Source: Epiperipatus broadwayi (lineage: Eukaryota > Animalia > Onychophora). From it: DNA of 64,000 bases. The stretch lies in assembly GCA_028023455.1 (NCBI GenBank), contig JAQFVV010000003.1, forward strand, positions 18,972,001-19,036,000, written 5' to 3'. A model generated the notes under the pieces. It had not been told where the DNA came from. It searched no databases and saw only the letters and a list, made by a program, of their open reading frames with translations. The position numbers were made by a program, and so were the translations under genes. This document shows positions 1 through 13,610 of the stretch, in pieces (position 1 is the first letter of the stretch; every line of letters begins with the position of its first letter).

Positions 1-3000
1 GTTTGACAATGAAAGAAAAAGATGATTGTGAGCAATGAAGTGATTGAATTTCATCATCTTAATAAGTAACATATTTTTGAGCAGCCTGAAAAACTAAACA
101 GATGATAGATCATTCTGGAGAAGTAGTATTCATATGATCACTAGGAATCATCAATTTTGACAGCATTTAATAATAATAATAATAATAATGTAATATTAGA
201 ATACATGATTATTTTGATAAGAGATAATTTAGAAATCAGAAGCTCATAATTATCAAAAATTTTATTTTTTTTGGAATATAAATATTAATTGTAATTGCTA
301 TTTTTTTAATATATAAAATGCTTCATTTAAAAGATTCATTGATATTATTGGAAAAAAAAATGAAATGTAATATTTTTTATTAAATTATTAGATTGATGAG
401 AACCAGTATGTGATGCAAATTTGTTCTCTAACATGGGAACTAGTGGGAAGGACTTGTGTACTGAAATAGGAATAGGCATCTCTATTGATGCTGATTCTCA
501 TTTAAATATAATCTTACTGACATTGTAATTTATGCAGGATCACAAAATTAGCAGGAAAGGAAATCTTAATAGCTCTAAAACCATCATAAAAAATAGCACC
601 AGTTATTTTTAGAAACTGATGCTATCAGTGATTTTGGTAGAACTCAGAGAATACTAGAAAATCAAATTATTACAAGGATTATTTTGTAAAAAGTGAAAAA
701 TGGTTGTCATAGTTTCCATTTGAAATAATTCTTAAGATAGATGTTAAATAGTCTTTCATTAAAATTGTTTATGTTCGTTTCTTCTATATGTGTATAATAT
801 ATATCTATACACACAGATGTCCCAAAAGAATTGTGTTTATTAATTAAACTTTTTTTAAATTTACTGATTTTATAATTTGTATAAGCCCTGGAGAGAAGAA
901 TAGATACAGTAATACTTCATATTACGTGCATGAAAGGTGCATTATTTCAAATGTTGAAAATGTTTTTCATTTTACTCAAGGCACTGCTGAATTAAAACAA
1001 AAAAATGATCTATAAACATCAATTAATGCTATGTTTCAATTATGCAATTTTTTCCGTTTTTTCCTCTAGCTGTTGTATAAGGATTGTAAGTTTCATACCA
1101 TATGCTTTGACTTTTGGGAAACACCATAGATAATAAACAATTAAATGATATTAACTTCTGGTGAATAGATTTTTCAAGTGATCTTTGTATTACCATTTCA
1201 ATAAAAAAAAACCTAATCAAATCTTTGTTGATATACTCACATCCATTAATATGAATTGTTTACACATTATTATGTATATTTACAGTGTTGATTGTTTAAA
1301 TCAGGTCAAACAATTTAATTGATAAAAAATTTTTCTTTTTCTGGATTAATATCATTTAAACAAAATTCATCTTTAGGATAAATCTTCATTTAGTGCATAT
1401 ATTATTGAAAAAGTATGATTTTTTTATTTTGCATGTTTAAAAATGCAACAGACATGTTTTGAGTATGTCGACAGATTTTTTTGATTGCTGTTAAAAATTG
1501 TATAGCACCTCTTGAATTTTTAAGCCATGTAACATGCTTGCTTAAGATCTTTAAGATAATTCTTATGAATATTTTGCACAATATCAGAATTTTTAAATTT
1601 ATTATGGATAAGTAAAATGGTAATTTTGGAGGGGGGGAAATATTTTTGTCCAATTTATTTTCCTAGTACCACTTCAAAACATATTTGCACTATTCAAACT
1701 AAAGTCTCTGATTTTTACCTAAAAAGAAAAGAAAAATCATAGTATAAAGTTATGAATAATATAAAGTCTCATATTATAATAGTTAGTACTGCTAACTGCA
1801 GTACTATTTTCTTTTAAATGATAAGCTTTTATAATTATCTAACTTACTAAATCGATTTATAATCTTATTTAAATTGTTACATTAATTGTGATTCACCTCT
1901 TCATATATTAATAAATCACTACATATGTACTTAAAAAGGTTTTCCAGAGATTTCTACAACTTGTTGCTTAATTTATCATTTTCCTTTATTTTCCGAATAA
2001 AGATATTTTGTATAGCAAGGTTGAGTTACAATATTTGTATATGAATTTCAAATTTTCTATAAGCAGTATAGGGAAAATAAATCCTCTCACTTTTAAATTT
2101 ATGAAATATTAGCTAGTTTTTTTATATATTGAATCATAATCCTCAGGAGGATTTAAGTTAATATGAAGTTTTTTTTATTTTTAATGTATTTTTTAATTCA
2201 ATTACTAAAACAGGTTAATGGATGATTCAACAAGGCTTCTAGCTAATTGTTATGTTTGAGATGTAAAACTGCTGCTGGAAACTTATAGAAATTTTTAAAA
2301 AACTTAAGTTTTTAAGCGATATATAAACTATTGTCTGGAAAGCTACATTCCACAACAAATGAACAAAGGTTTAATTGGCTTATCATCAATAACAATAATA
2401 AATTGACTTTAATTTTTTAATTATATGCACTCAGAAAATTTAATAAATACAATTAATTAACTTGTAATTTCTTTCAAAAACAAGATTTAAAAGTTTTTTA
2501 TAGTTAATAAAAAAAAATAGGTACTCCATCTTTTAGCTAAAGATGCCGTTCTATGGCGCAGTTTTCACCCAAAACACATAAAAATGCTGTTTCCGCGGCC
2601 GACACGTTCGAACCCGCGTTTTCTATAATACAACTTTTTTGTTGCACTACAGAATGCAGGCTGCTATGTCGCATCGCAGTACAGCATGTATGTCACATAG
2701 CAGCAAATACATTTTCCGAATTCGCACAATTTATAAAATAATTACGGCTTGATGAGAGAGTTTGTATTTGAATTGTATTGAAATGTTGTTTTCATTTGAT
2801 TTTTTTTTATTTTAAACTATTGAAATGTTCAGATTTTTTAAAGCAATAATTATAAGACTTTTTACAACGTACTGTATTGAACTATTATTTGGGAAAATGT
2901 TAAATATCTTAAGTTTTTATTGAGTTGCAATTAGGTAATGTGTCAAGTAACGTACTTTGAGACAAAGAAGATTCTACCATCTGTATATTTTTGAAGTAAA

Positions 3001-3216
3001 AAAGAGCGGTACGAAAAAATATCCAGTAAGAAAAGTCCAAATATACAGGTTTTTTTGTAAATTTCATAAAAAGCAAATATTATAAACATGTTTAATAAGT
3101 AAAGAAGACATTTGTATGTGTTTGTTGTTGTTTAAAAAAGTTTGAGTTTCTTACTTTTGTCCGAGTACGGTTACGATTTCGAATTTTTTTATTTTAGCAT
3201 TACAAACAACAGAACA

Positions 3217-3246
3217 CTAACCCTAAACCTAACCCTAAATCTAATC
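3217..3246 (+). repeat. Five degenerate telomere-like hexamers inside the TIR element
   Basis: CTAACC CTAAAC CTAACC CTAAAT CTAATC. Confidence 0.75.
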
Positions 3247-3304
3247 GTAACAACTTTTACTTTTATTACGATTATTATTTTTTAGTTAAACAACAACAAA
3301 AAAA

Positions 3305-3440
3305 GTCGTAACACAAGTAAAAAAATATCCGATAGAAAATTGATAAAAAAAAAAGTCGTAACACAAGTTAAAAAATATCCAATAGAAAATTGATAAAAAA
3401 AAGCCGTAACACAATTTAAAAAAGTATACGATATAAAAAA
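3305..3440 (+). repeat. Three ~49-bp tandem units (gtcgtaacacaag...gatagaaaattgataaaa) inside the TIR element
   Basis: Unit starts at 3305, 3355 and 3403. Confidence 0.8.
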
Positions 3441-3859
3441 CACGAATCAAATTGTAATTTGTTGATTTTATTTTACATTTATTATTATCATTTAAATTGT
3501 ATACGTTAATAAAAAATAATATTTAAAAAAGACGATTTTGTTTTGTTTTTATTTTCGCATTACAAAAAAGCACAGAAAAATTATTAAAATCAACGGCCCA
3601 TGAATGTTCATATTTTATAGTTTTAGCGTGAAAATGGCGCCATCCAACGGCATCTTTAGCTATAAGACAAGCACCAAAAAATATATTGAAAAATCAGATA
3701 TCACACAAAAAAAGAAAAAAATAATCATGTCTTTTTCAAAAAATTTAAAGAAAATTGTTACTTTCTTTTTACATTTCAAGAAAAAATAAAAATTTTTTAA
3801 AATTTTTTACAATTTTAATGAAATATTTTAAATTAGTTAATGCTCATTTAGTTTGTCTG

Positions 3860-3913
3860 GATATAGATGTCAATCTGTTATTTTTAGATATAGATGTCAA
3901 CCTGTTATTTTTA
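3860..3913 (+). repeat. 27-bp tandem duplication
   Basis: gatatagatgtcaa(t/c)ctgttattttta twice, one mismatch. Confidence 0.85.
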
Positions 3914-6900
3914 TAACTAAAATAATTTAAATTAGTTAATATTAAAAGATGTTATGAAACTGGGATGTCATATATGTATATAAAATGAAAACTTCTTATC
4001 TTTGGAAAAAAAAAAAGATTATTCCAAAAAGAAATTGAAATTAAAATGATCTACAATAAGTTATTACATTTGTTGTAAAATAAAAAGTTTAATCATTAAA
4101 AAAAATTGCAATATAAAACTAATTTCAATCAAAAAGTTAGTAAAGTTATGTTATAGAAAATGTTGTTTAGATTTAAGCCAATTATTTTAAAAAAAAATTT
4201 CTCTAATCCAATATTGACTAAGTTGTGTAATTCTTATCTTTAGCTTTCCTTCTCATTAGTCATCCGAAAGTTATTCTGTAAACATATGAAATATATAAAC
4301 GTGTATGTGTATAAATATATATTTAAAAAACAATCACTATTAATAAAATTTCTTATTATTAATGTATATATAAAACAGTCATTTAAATTATTAAAAGTTA
4401 ATTTTTAAAAGCAAAAAACAACTGTTCTTCCCTGTTTTATCTCTGATCACTGGGTTGTTGATTAATACTGTCAAACTAATGTCCACAGGTGTCCAAACTA
4501 ATACCCACAAACAGGATTTAGCTTTCCAAAAGAATACATCTGGCTATGTAATTCATTATGTAAATTATTTATATAAATTTTAACATTATAAAAAAAAAAA
4601 TGTAAATATAAATTTTATTTGAAAATTCTCACATGTCAATTATTTATATTTAAATTGTATGCTTTCCATTAAACTTTTTATCTTTTTGTGTTCAGCATCT
4701 TTGAATTGATCCTTACTTTTAATAATCTTGAGATGTTTGTCAAGCATTTAAAAGTGAAGTTGTTTTTATTTACTAATTATACTTTTTTTTTTTTTTTCGC
4801 TTGAGATAGTTTTGTTTCATATCTATAAATGGATTATATTTAAATATGAATATTTTTTTCTTCACTAGAATAGCTTTTGAACATGCACTTCTATTCATTT
4901 TATTTATAATAATTTTGTGAATATTTTTTATTTTTTGTACTTAGAACTATATTATTTTTTGAATCAATCTAAAAGTTGTTTTTGCAGATCTAAAACCTCT
5001 TTAATAGTGAAAAGATTTGACAAATTTAAATTCATCAATATATATGCACAATTAACCAATTTCTTTCCTTTGCAAAAATATATATATATTCAATTATCTT
5101 TGTTCAAAGGAAGGAATGGTCTCTTTTTATAGTAAGTAGTTAACATGTCTGTCTGTCATCCCACAACATGGGATTCAAATCCAGGTTTGTTAAAATGTAG
5201 AATTTTTTTTATATTTAAACAGGCTTTATATTTTTCTTTCAGTTAGCTAGTCCAAAACCAACTCAGCTAGCCAATCTTTACAGATAGTATAACTTTTCAT
5301 ATTGTCATCTTTAAAAACACTCTTATATAATGAATTTTTTTAAAAATCTTTTTTGATTTTTAACAGAGAAAACAAAAATCTTAGCGAAGCCATTTTTTTA
5401 TTTTATTTAAATCTTTTGTCTTTTTGAAATGAATAAAAAATGAAAAATAAATTAAGGTTAGCATAATAGTTAAGAGCAGACAAATACATTTCAGAAGTCA
5501 GCTTTATCATCATTTCTTACTCTAAGAACAATGCTTTATTGAAATTGCAGCTCTCTTGATGTAACTGATTTATTCTTAAGGAAAGTGTTTATAATCTGAC
5601 TAGATTACATGATATTCAATTAAGAATGGTTAGAGTCCTATTTAATAAATAATATTAAAAAACTGCTAGCTGAATTGGCATTAAATCAGCTATTGCAAAA
5701 AAAAAAAAACTATTTAGAAATTTTTAAACTACTTTGAAACTTTCCCATTTTATTTCAGATTTATCATAGACATAGAAGATTGATACACTGTGCTAGTTAC
5801 TCTATAAATTATCCATATATTATTAAATTTTAGCTAAGATATAGACTAGCATAATTTCATCTTGCTTGTTCAATCTACTTTGTAATAATTATAAGCATCT
5901 CTATAATGTTAAGTATAAATTACTTTTTAAGATAATATAATTGTAGTTGATTATTATTGAACCAACTGCAATCACTCAAAGAAAAAAATTATATTAACTT
6001 ACAATATTTCTGTAAATACCTATATATTATAAGTGTTGTATTCATAAACTCAGCAAAGATTTTAAGCCCAAAGTGGAGCTTTTTAAAAAAAAAAAAAAGG
6101 CTGAATTCATAGGTAAATTCATATTTTTATTTGGTGTTCATAGTAAGAGAGCAAAGAAAGTATTGTATGAGTGGCATTGTGCTATCACTGAGAAAAGAGA
6201 TAATTGAAATGTGGCACATAGATAAGTCTTAACTGAGAACAGTATTATATACCTATGACAACTAAGCCCACAGTTTACTATTTAAATTTGCATTCAAAAC
6301 AAAAAAATGAATAAAATAAAATAAATATTAGTTTGATTATTTGAACAATATATGTATATATGAAAGTTAAGTTGTAAATTTAATAATCTGCATTTGTCTA
6401 GACTAGTGAGTTTTGTTTTCTCTTTCACTATTTTTCTATAGACACAGTTGGCACAAAATAAATAATGCTTAGAAAGATTTGATAACTTTTTATTATTAAC
6501 AATATATGTAGTATATATTTATTTGAAACATATACTGACTATTAATTAATATTATATTGTTTTAAATATCAAGTAACTAGAATATATTCTGTTAATGTGG
6601 TGGAAAGCACTTGCAAACTATTTTTGATAAATAATATCTTCAAGCAGAGTTATATCTAGAGATTTATAAAAATATCGCTAGTATTTCTATTTTACTCCAT
6701 CTTCTACATCTGTTCTCCATGGGATAAGGATGAGCTTAATAGTGATCCCAAGCTAGTAGGCTGAAGATGAATAACATTGATCTCATTCAAAATTAGATAA
6801 TCATTAATGAATTATTTTATAACAGTGTTTATTTATAAATAAACCTTTATAAATAATTTTAATTTTTTATTTTAATACAAATATTTAAATTGAATTTAAA

Positions 6901-7502
6901 TTTTGGATTTAATATAAAAAATAAATGTAGACTAACATATAAATAAGTCAATTATTATAATACAATAAATTTGATCTGATTTTATATATTTTATAGCTCA
7001 ATGATATTGTAATATTGTTTGTTGTGTTCAACATAATGATACCTTTAATAATAACAAATGTTCTATTTTGAGAAAAATTATATATTCATTTAACATTTTT
7101 CTTGAATTATTAATATGTTTGTAGATCTGTGTGCATGTTTATTTATTTTTTTACTAAAGATATCTTAATTATTTTTGTCTGAAACTTATTTTTTAATTTA
7201 AAATATGCTCAAAATGTAAATTTTAAATTAATAAATAAATAACTACATGATAATGTTTATATCCTTTGATCCTATATTTTTGCATTTTTATTTTGACACA
7301 TTACTGCTATTATTACAGGTTTTATAGCTTAGTGGTAGCATATCCACCTGTGTTACTCCTATAATCTGGATTTGAAATTTTTTTTCAGATTATGATTAGA
7401 TTTTTTTTTATATTGTTGATCCAAAGCCAACCCAGTTAACCATTCAATTTTGCTCAGTAAATGTATATCTATATTCTTTACTAGATAAAATAGATATCTA
7501 GT

Positions 7503-7620
7503 TTAAATTCTCACCACCCTATAATTGGCAGGTTTGGTGAGTAATGCCATCTATCCTCTTCACTGTTCCTATGAGGAACGGTTAGAAAGGCCTTTATCCT
7601 GCAGTGGACTATTTAAAGGC
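7503..7620 (+). repeat. Short interspersed repeat (~115 bp), unclassified
   Basis: Aligns by eye to the reverse complement of 11051-11153 (ctcacca...tggtga...tcactgttcct...atgagg...ctatttaaagg). Confidence 0.7.
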
Positions 7621-7677
7621 TATTTTATCTTTTTATCTTTTATTGCTACTATATATATATTGTTTTAATTTTTTTAG

Positions 7678-7717
7678 GATTCATGAACAAAATTTATCAT
7701 CCAAATATTGATGAAGT
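7678..7717 (+). CDS. UBE2H: UBE2H internal coding exon (40 bp) encoding (G)FMNKIYHPNIDE(V), including the E2 HPN motif
   Basis: tttttag acceptor ends at 7677 and gtaagt donor starts at 7718. The translation matches the UBE2H/Ubc8 sequence GFMNKIFHPNIDE, and the phase joins correctly to the next exon. Confidence 0.95.
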
Positions 7718-7966
7718 GTAAGTATTTTTTTTTTTTATCCAATTTTTTCTTTTTTTTTTCTTTATTTTAGATGTTGAGTATCATTAAACAGAACATTCTG
7801 TTTTCTGAAAGGAAATTAATATTTGACTGCAGTATGTTCTGAAAAATTACCACTTTATAATGTTCTTTAACATCAGGGGTATGAATCTGGGAAGATTTAT
7901 ATTTATATTATTTTGGTCATACTTCTCATTAAAAAAAAATTCCCATTTTGATTTTATCTTCCCCAG

Positions 7967-8019
7967 GTCAGGGACTGTGTGCCTCGATGTCATCAACCAG
8001 GCTTGGACTGCCCTCTATG
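7967..8019 (+). CDS. UBE2H: UBE2H catalytic exon (53 bp): SGTVCLDVINQAWTALY; active-site Cys codon TGC at 7980-7982
   Basis: ccccag acceptor and gtaaaa donor at 8020. The peptide is visible in ORF 7860..8042 and matches UBE2H SGTVCLDVINQTWTALY. Confidence 0.96.
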
Positions 8020-11000
8020 GTAAAAAGAAAAATATTTTCTAAAATGATTTATTAATCACTAAACATATTGATTGTTAAGTCATCAATTTTTATTTTTATT
8101 TATTTTTTATTTTAATGTTCTGCTGAGAATAAAAAAATTATATTATTGCACAATATTTTATCTTAATTCATTAGAATGATTTCAGAATCTCTGTTTTAAT
8201 AAAACATTGATTCTGAATTTGGGCAGTTATAGATATTTATTTTACAATATTTAGAATGATTTATGATTGTCTACTATTTAATTAGTAGTAATATTTTACA
8301 TTTATTTGCAAATTTTAATTATATAATGCTCATCACTTATACATATTTGTAAAAAAGACAAACAATATATTTATATAATTTATTTATAATTTGATCCATC
8401 TTACATTTTTATGATTATCTTTCAAATTAAATGGAAATTATTAACTAAATTTTAGACTAACATTTTTTGGCAAATGGATAAGATGCACTAAAGTAAAGCA
8501 TCATGTGACTTTTAGCATACAATTAATCTGTATTTGTCATAATAATGTTTTTTTTTTTACTAGATAGTCAGTATGCCTAAATTAATCACGGAATTATGTT
8601 TGTTTTTCTATTTAGTGTCCAAAAATTGCTAATCATTTGGCTTTAGAAGCAAAGAGGTCATGTTGTTTTAGCATATATCATTTTTTTATCAAAAGTTTGA
8701 AGATGCATTAAGTTAGCTTTGAAATGTAGTTACAAATTTTATGTCAGACCTATAATTAGACAAGAAAACTAACTAGCTTGAGTTAAAAATTTGAAATGTC
8801 ATGTACTTAATTTGAATAGTATATTATGAGTAATAAAATAGCTTTTAAATGAATAGAAAACCAACAAATCGGAAAAGTTTTTGCACTACAATTGCAGTTT
8901 CTATTGATATTTTATTTCATATATTTAAATTGAGTAAATTTTTGAAAAATAAATTTATTGACTTGGAAAAAGTTTTATTATCAGTATTAGCTTACTGTCT
9001 CTTATATGCATCATTTAAAAAAAAAAAAATTGTGGCATTTAATGATTAAAAATCATATTTTAGATGCTTTTTTTTTTTTTTTTTTGAAGTTGTAAAATTT
9101 TACTATTAAAAAATCTTAAACAACTTATACTTATAAACATCAATAACAAACTCCCATCACCAGCTTCTGGCTAATTGGCATTTTTATGACTGGAGGGACC
9201 AATGTGAGAGTTTGTTCTAGTATTCATTGACTTGCGTATTACTTGCAGAATTTCTAAATAGATGAGCTTTCCATTCATTATCTGGTAGTGTTTTGTTCTA
9301 TCGTATCAACCTCTTGATGGTGCTATTTCTAGCTAGATTGCTAGAAATATGCCATTTCCATGGCCACAGCCAAGCCAATAGGCTTCTTTCTACGATAAAA
9401 CACAGAAAGAGTCCATTTACTCGGCTGCCATAATTGCTTGTGTTACACACTTTATCATAATACTTTGTTGTCTAGTTTCGCTACAGTACCGTGTGAGGGT
9501 GTGTTGGCTGTTATCGTGTCAAAATAATATATCTTTTCAGGTCCAACATCTTTTTTTTCATGTGAACTGACCTATTGGTATCTTCTAACAGTTTTAACAG
9601 TGTTGTCACTGTTCCATCAGGACTGTGCAACCCTCACAAATTGGATTTTATGGTATGGCACAGCACTATTTCAAAGATCCCGATGAAAGTAATGTATTCG
9701 CGAGACTGACACAATAGATCAGAACACTACCCATTATCTTAATACAGAAATAATGGTTTGATAATTTTTTATTAAGGATTACTATAAAAAGATAGCAAAG
9801 TTTCAATAAAGCTGAGAATTTTGATTTATTTTGGAAAAAAAAAACTTAATTTGTAAAAATATTATATTTGTTAAAATTTTAGATATTTTTTTTCTGACTG
9901 TGTAAATGTTAAATCATCCCAAACTACTAACATACATGAATATATGCTACATATAAGTGATTAATTAAACATATGTCCCAGTATACAATCACACCCATGT
10001 AAAGATATAATAAATGTATGGAAAAAGCACACTTTATCCTTATTTAGCATGTCTTTACTCATTAAGTTTAAATCATGGTGTGATTGATATATGTTAATAT
10101 GCAATTTGAAAATATAAATCTTTATTCTACATGATTCAAGGCTAAAAATTTTTTTAATAATATTGAAAAGATGCCATTTCTTTTTTTTTTTAATTTTAAG
10201 TATAAACTTTGTACAGAAAAAAAAAAAGTGGAAAATATGGAAAAATGTTTTTTAAAAAAAATTATAAATAACTGTCTGTCAAACTCCAAGGATATCCATG
10301 CTCCAGGTCTCTCATAAATGGGTAAAAAAATAAATCTTACTATCAGCAGGAGTCATTGTTGATTTAGTATTTAATAATAATAACCTAAGAATTTTTTTTA
10401 TTATTCAGATTATCATGTAATCTTAATAGTAAATCAAAATGAAAAAATCCCCATAAAATCTGTGATAATTTAATAAAATATTTACATTTTTTTTATATAT
10501 ATTATTTTTTATTTGCCTATAATAGAATGGAGAACCACTCCTAAAAGCAATAAAACTTTTTAATAAGTGGATGTTTGATAATGTACGCTCATACAATCAT
10601 AATTTGTTTTAAAAGAATAGGGATTCTTTTAATAATATATATTTATATAAAGGGTGAAAGGTTACTTGGATAATCTGATAATCAATCTAATTTGGCACTT
10701 TCATTGTTTACTATCTCTAAATTCTGGTGAAAATCTGAAACTAATTTGCCCTTGATCATTCACTGACATATCTGTAATAATAATATGTTCTAATAAAAGG
10801 CTTTCTTAAGATATTAAACTAATTATTGTCTATATCTTTATCCAATGCTTCCTAGAATTTCAACAATTTTTAACTATATTTTTGTGAGAAATTTTTCTTT
10901 ATTCATTCTTTATCATAAAGTTTCTTACCCTAAAAAAATTTTGCCTCAAAATAGCTCTTTTGTAATTTAAAAAAAAAAAAAAGTCATAAAGTGTAAATAA

Positions 11001-11050
11001 TTTTCTGTTATATAAAAATCAATGTATATAATATAGATAAAAATAAACAA

Positions 11051-11153
11051 CCTTTAAATAGCCCACACCTCTCCAACAATCCCTCATAGAGGAACAGTGA
11101 AAGAGAAGGTAGTATTCACCAAGCATGCCATATACAAGCTGGTGAGAGTTTAA
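11051..11153 (-). repeat. Second, inverted copy of the 7503-7620 repeat
   Basis: Reverse complement shares ctctcacca, tggtga, tcactgttcct, atgagg and ctatttaaagg in the same order. Confidence 0.7.
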
Positions 11154-13554
11154 GTATTTTTTATTCTTTTTTTATTCATTAATTAAGAATAATTAGATAT
11201 TTGTCTGCTAAGGGCCATCTATCTGAAAGAAAGATCCTAAGTCTGTTGGAAAAAATTTCATGTTCATTCAGCTTGGATTCAAATCCAGATAATAATCATG
11301 AATGACAGTGCTACTGTTTCTCCACATGGGGTATATTAATAAATATATGTGTAATAACATACGGAAATAATAAATATATAGTAAATGAATAGTTAATCAC
11401 TTTAATCAATGTTTATAGTATAAAATTAAATCTAATTTGCATCAGATAAATCTCAATATATTCCAAAGCCTACTGACTATGACTGTAACATGATAGATAT
11501 TTAATATAGATAAGGTTTACAAAGTATCCTTCTATAAAAGGAGGAACTCTAAGATGAATTGAATTAAAAAAGAAAGGGTGGTAAATAAAATCTTATTAAT
11601 GCCATTTTTGAAAATGCTGTTTAAGTTTAGATTTTTCATCAGATATCTTGGAAGGTTATTTATTATTGGCAAAAAAAGAACAACTGAGGAAAATTACTGA
11701 ATATTTAAGTAAAGAGTATTTTTTTATATATATAATTTTATCAGATAAAGATATATTCAAAGGAAAATATATATAGTGAATATGATTAAATTTTGAATAA
11801 TTAGAAATCCTTGCTATTAATCAGTTTAAAGTGCAACAAGATTGCATTTAAAAATGCAAGCAGAAGTTTTGAGAGGTATAATTATTTCTATAGTGTAAAC
11901 AGATCATGGAGCCAAGCTTGATATATGATACTTTTTGGTGCATAACATGGATCATAGTGATATATAGGTAGAATATCTTCAATATTCAATCCTTGGTTCC
12001 TGAGCATTTTCAGTTTGAAGAAAAATCATCTGTAAAAATAAAAGGAGCTTAAAAAGTATTATTGTATAATACTATATTAACCTATCAAAAATTAAATAGT
12101 AATTTATTAATAAATATTGCTAAAAACTATTATTATCCTGCAATGGCTACAATGCAGTTTTATAATGTAAATTCTACACACAGTTTCTAATACTGTTCCT
12201 AAAAAAAGAAATTTGTTTTATATAATTATCATTCTGAATTTGATTTTTTTTTTACTATAAGCATTATTTACAATACATATTAAAATATTTGTATAAAGAA
12301 ATTTAAAAAAAAAATTACTTTTGTTTAGAATAGCTTTTAGTCAGAATCTGTTGGTTGCTTTCATACAATCAGTTATTATAATAAAATAAATTTGCTTTTT
12401 ATTATTGTAAGCATTAGTTACAATAAATATTATATTTGTCTTTAGAAGTGTAGGGGCAGTAATTTGCAAAAGACAAACTTTTAGACTGCAAGCAGTATGA
12501 AATACTACTAAACCCAAAACAAGGGGGCATAATTCAAACTGATTTGATTTTTCCAAAGTAATGATGTACCTAGAATGGTACTGATATGGGCACTATTCAA
12601 TTTAAATCATGTAAATTAAAGCATTTATAAATTTATACCAGTATCACATACCAATTGTAGCCATTGTCAGTTATTTAAAAAACTAGTTATTTGATACATT
12701 TAAGACATCTTCAATTCACATAAGGTTTAGATCTACTCTGGATGCTGAGTGACCATTAGATTAGATTCATGAATCATAGAGAGGATGTGATCTGTTTATA
12801 TATATATAAATCAACATAATATAACACTAGAGATATCAATAAACCATAGTTATTGACAGAATATTGTCATAGATAATGTAAAGATGGTTATTTTTGTATG
12901 AAAAAAATCCTATCTAGTAAATAGCAACTATTGGAATTTGTTTATTTAATTAATAATTATTTATTCATAAATAATTATATTCTATTTTAAAAACTTAACA
13001 ATCTTGGCTCCTAAAACAATAATTTTGTTACTCAGAATATTTCTTCCTATTATAGTGAAAGTATGCTTTTGAAAATTTAAATATTAAATATAAATAACTA
13101 TCAGTTCTAACATATTTAAATAAACTATATATTTATTTTTGTAGAATCAAAAAATAATATTAACTAATAATTTATTGATTAGTTCTTGCACTCTTTTTTT
13201 TTTTGTCTTCACTCAAATATATTTTTAAAATCTTAGAAACATTGCAAAGTTCATATCGGCTAAAATATGTAGAATTTTCAATAACAAATGGACATTTTTT
13301 TTAATGAGGAAAAAAATCATAAAGATAAAAAGCAAAACATGGAACTCCCGTCAATTAAGCATTTATTTAAATATAATTTTTATTTTATTTTAAAACAAAT
13401 TTATATATATATATAGTTATTTATTTAATGTATTTTAGTTATATAATATGTATATTCACAATTCAATAAAAGATGTTGTTTAGTAAATCATAACTTGTGC
13501 TAAAATAAATGTAATAAATAATTGAATGAGTTTATTGCTCAGGATTTCATAAGA

Positions 13555-13610
13555 AGTTCTGAGAACCTCACACTCCAGAGTCTGACCCTCTACCACTGCA
13601 CCAAACCACA
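13555..13610 (-). mobile_element. tRNA-derived SINE head remnant
   Basis: Minus strand reads tggtgcagtggtagagggtcagactctggagtgtgaggttc: an A-box-like TGGTGCAGTGG and a tRNA-like 5' half, with no complete cloverleaf. Confidence 0.4.

Larger units (their letters stand above)
2520..3675. mobile_element. Non-autonomous TIR DNA transposon (superfamily unresolved: MULE-, Merlin- or hAT-like)
   Basis: Imperfect TIRs of at least 56 bp (2520-2575 vs 3620-3675, e.g. tagctaaagatgccgtt / aacggcatctttagcta). GG...CC termini, exact 8-bp TSD AAAAAATA (2512-2519, 3676-3683), CpG-rich relative to flanks, no transposase ORF. Confidence 0.85.

Noticed and set aside
3217-3246. Interstitial telomere or chromosome fusion scar
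   Set aside because: Only five degenerate hexamers, lying inside a TSD-flanked transposon.
1-7677. UBE2H 5' coding exons (MSSPSPGKRR..., ...TPYEGGVWKV...FKSPSI)
   Set aside because: I scanned for these peptides with splice signals and found none; they probably lie upstream of the window.
7860-8042. ORFs 7860..8042 and 25233..25469 as stand-alone proteins
   Set aside because: Only their central parts match UBE2H and these are bounded by splice sites; the rest is translated intron.
9150-9760. GC-richer segment as a mariner or RTE remnant
   Set aside because: Different frames give weak, conflicting similarities; probably transposon-derived but I cannot classify it.
5130-13610. tRNA genes at about 5135-5190, 7325-7380, 11270-11290 and 13555-13610
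   Set aside because: Only isolated A-box- or B-box-like words and no full cloverleaf; at most SINE remnants.
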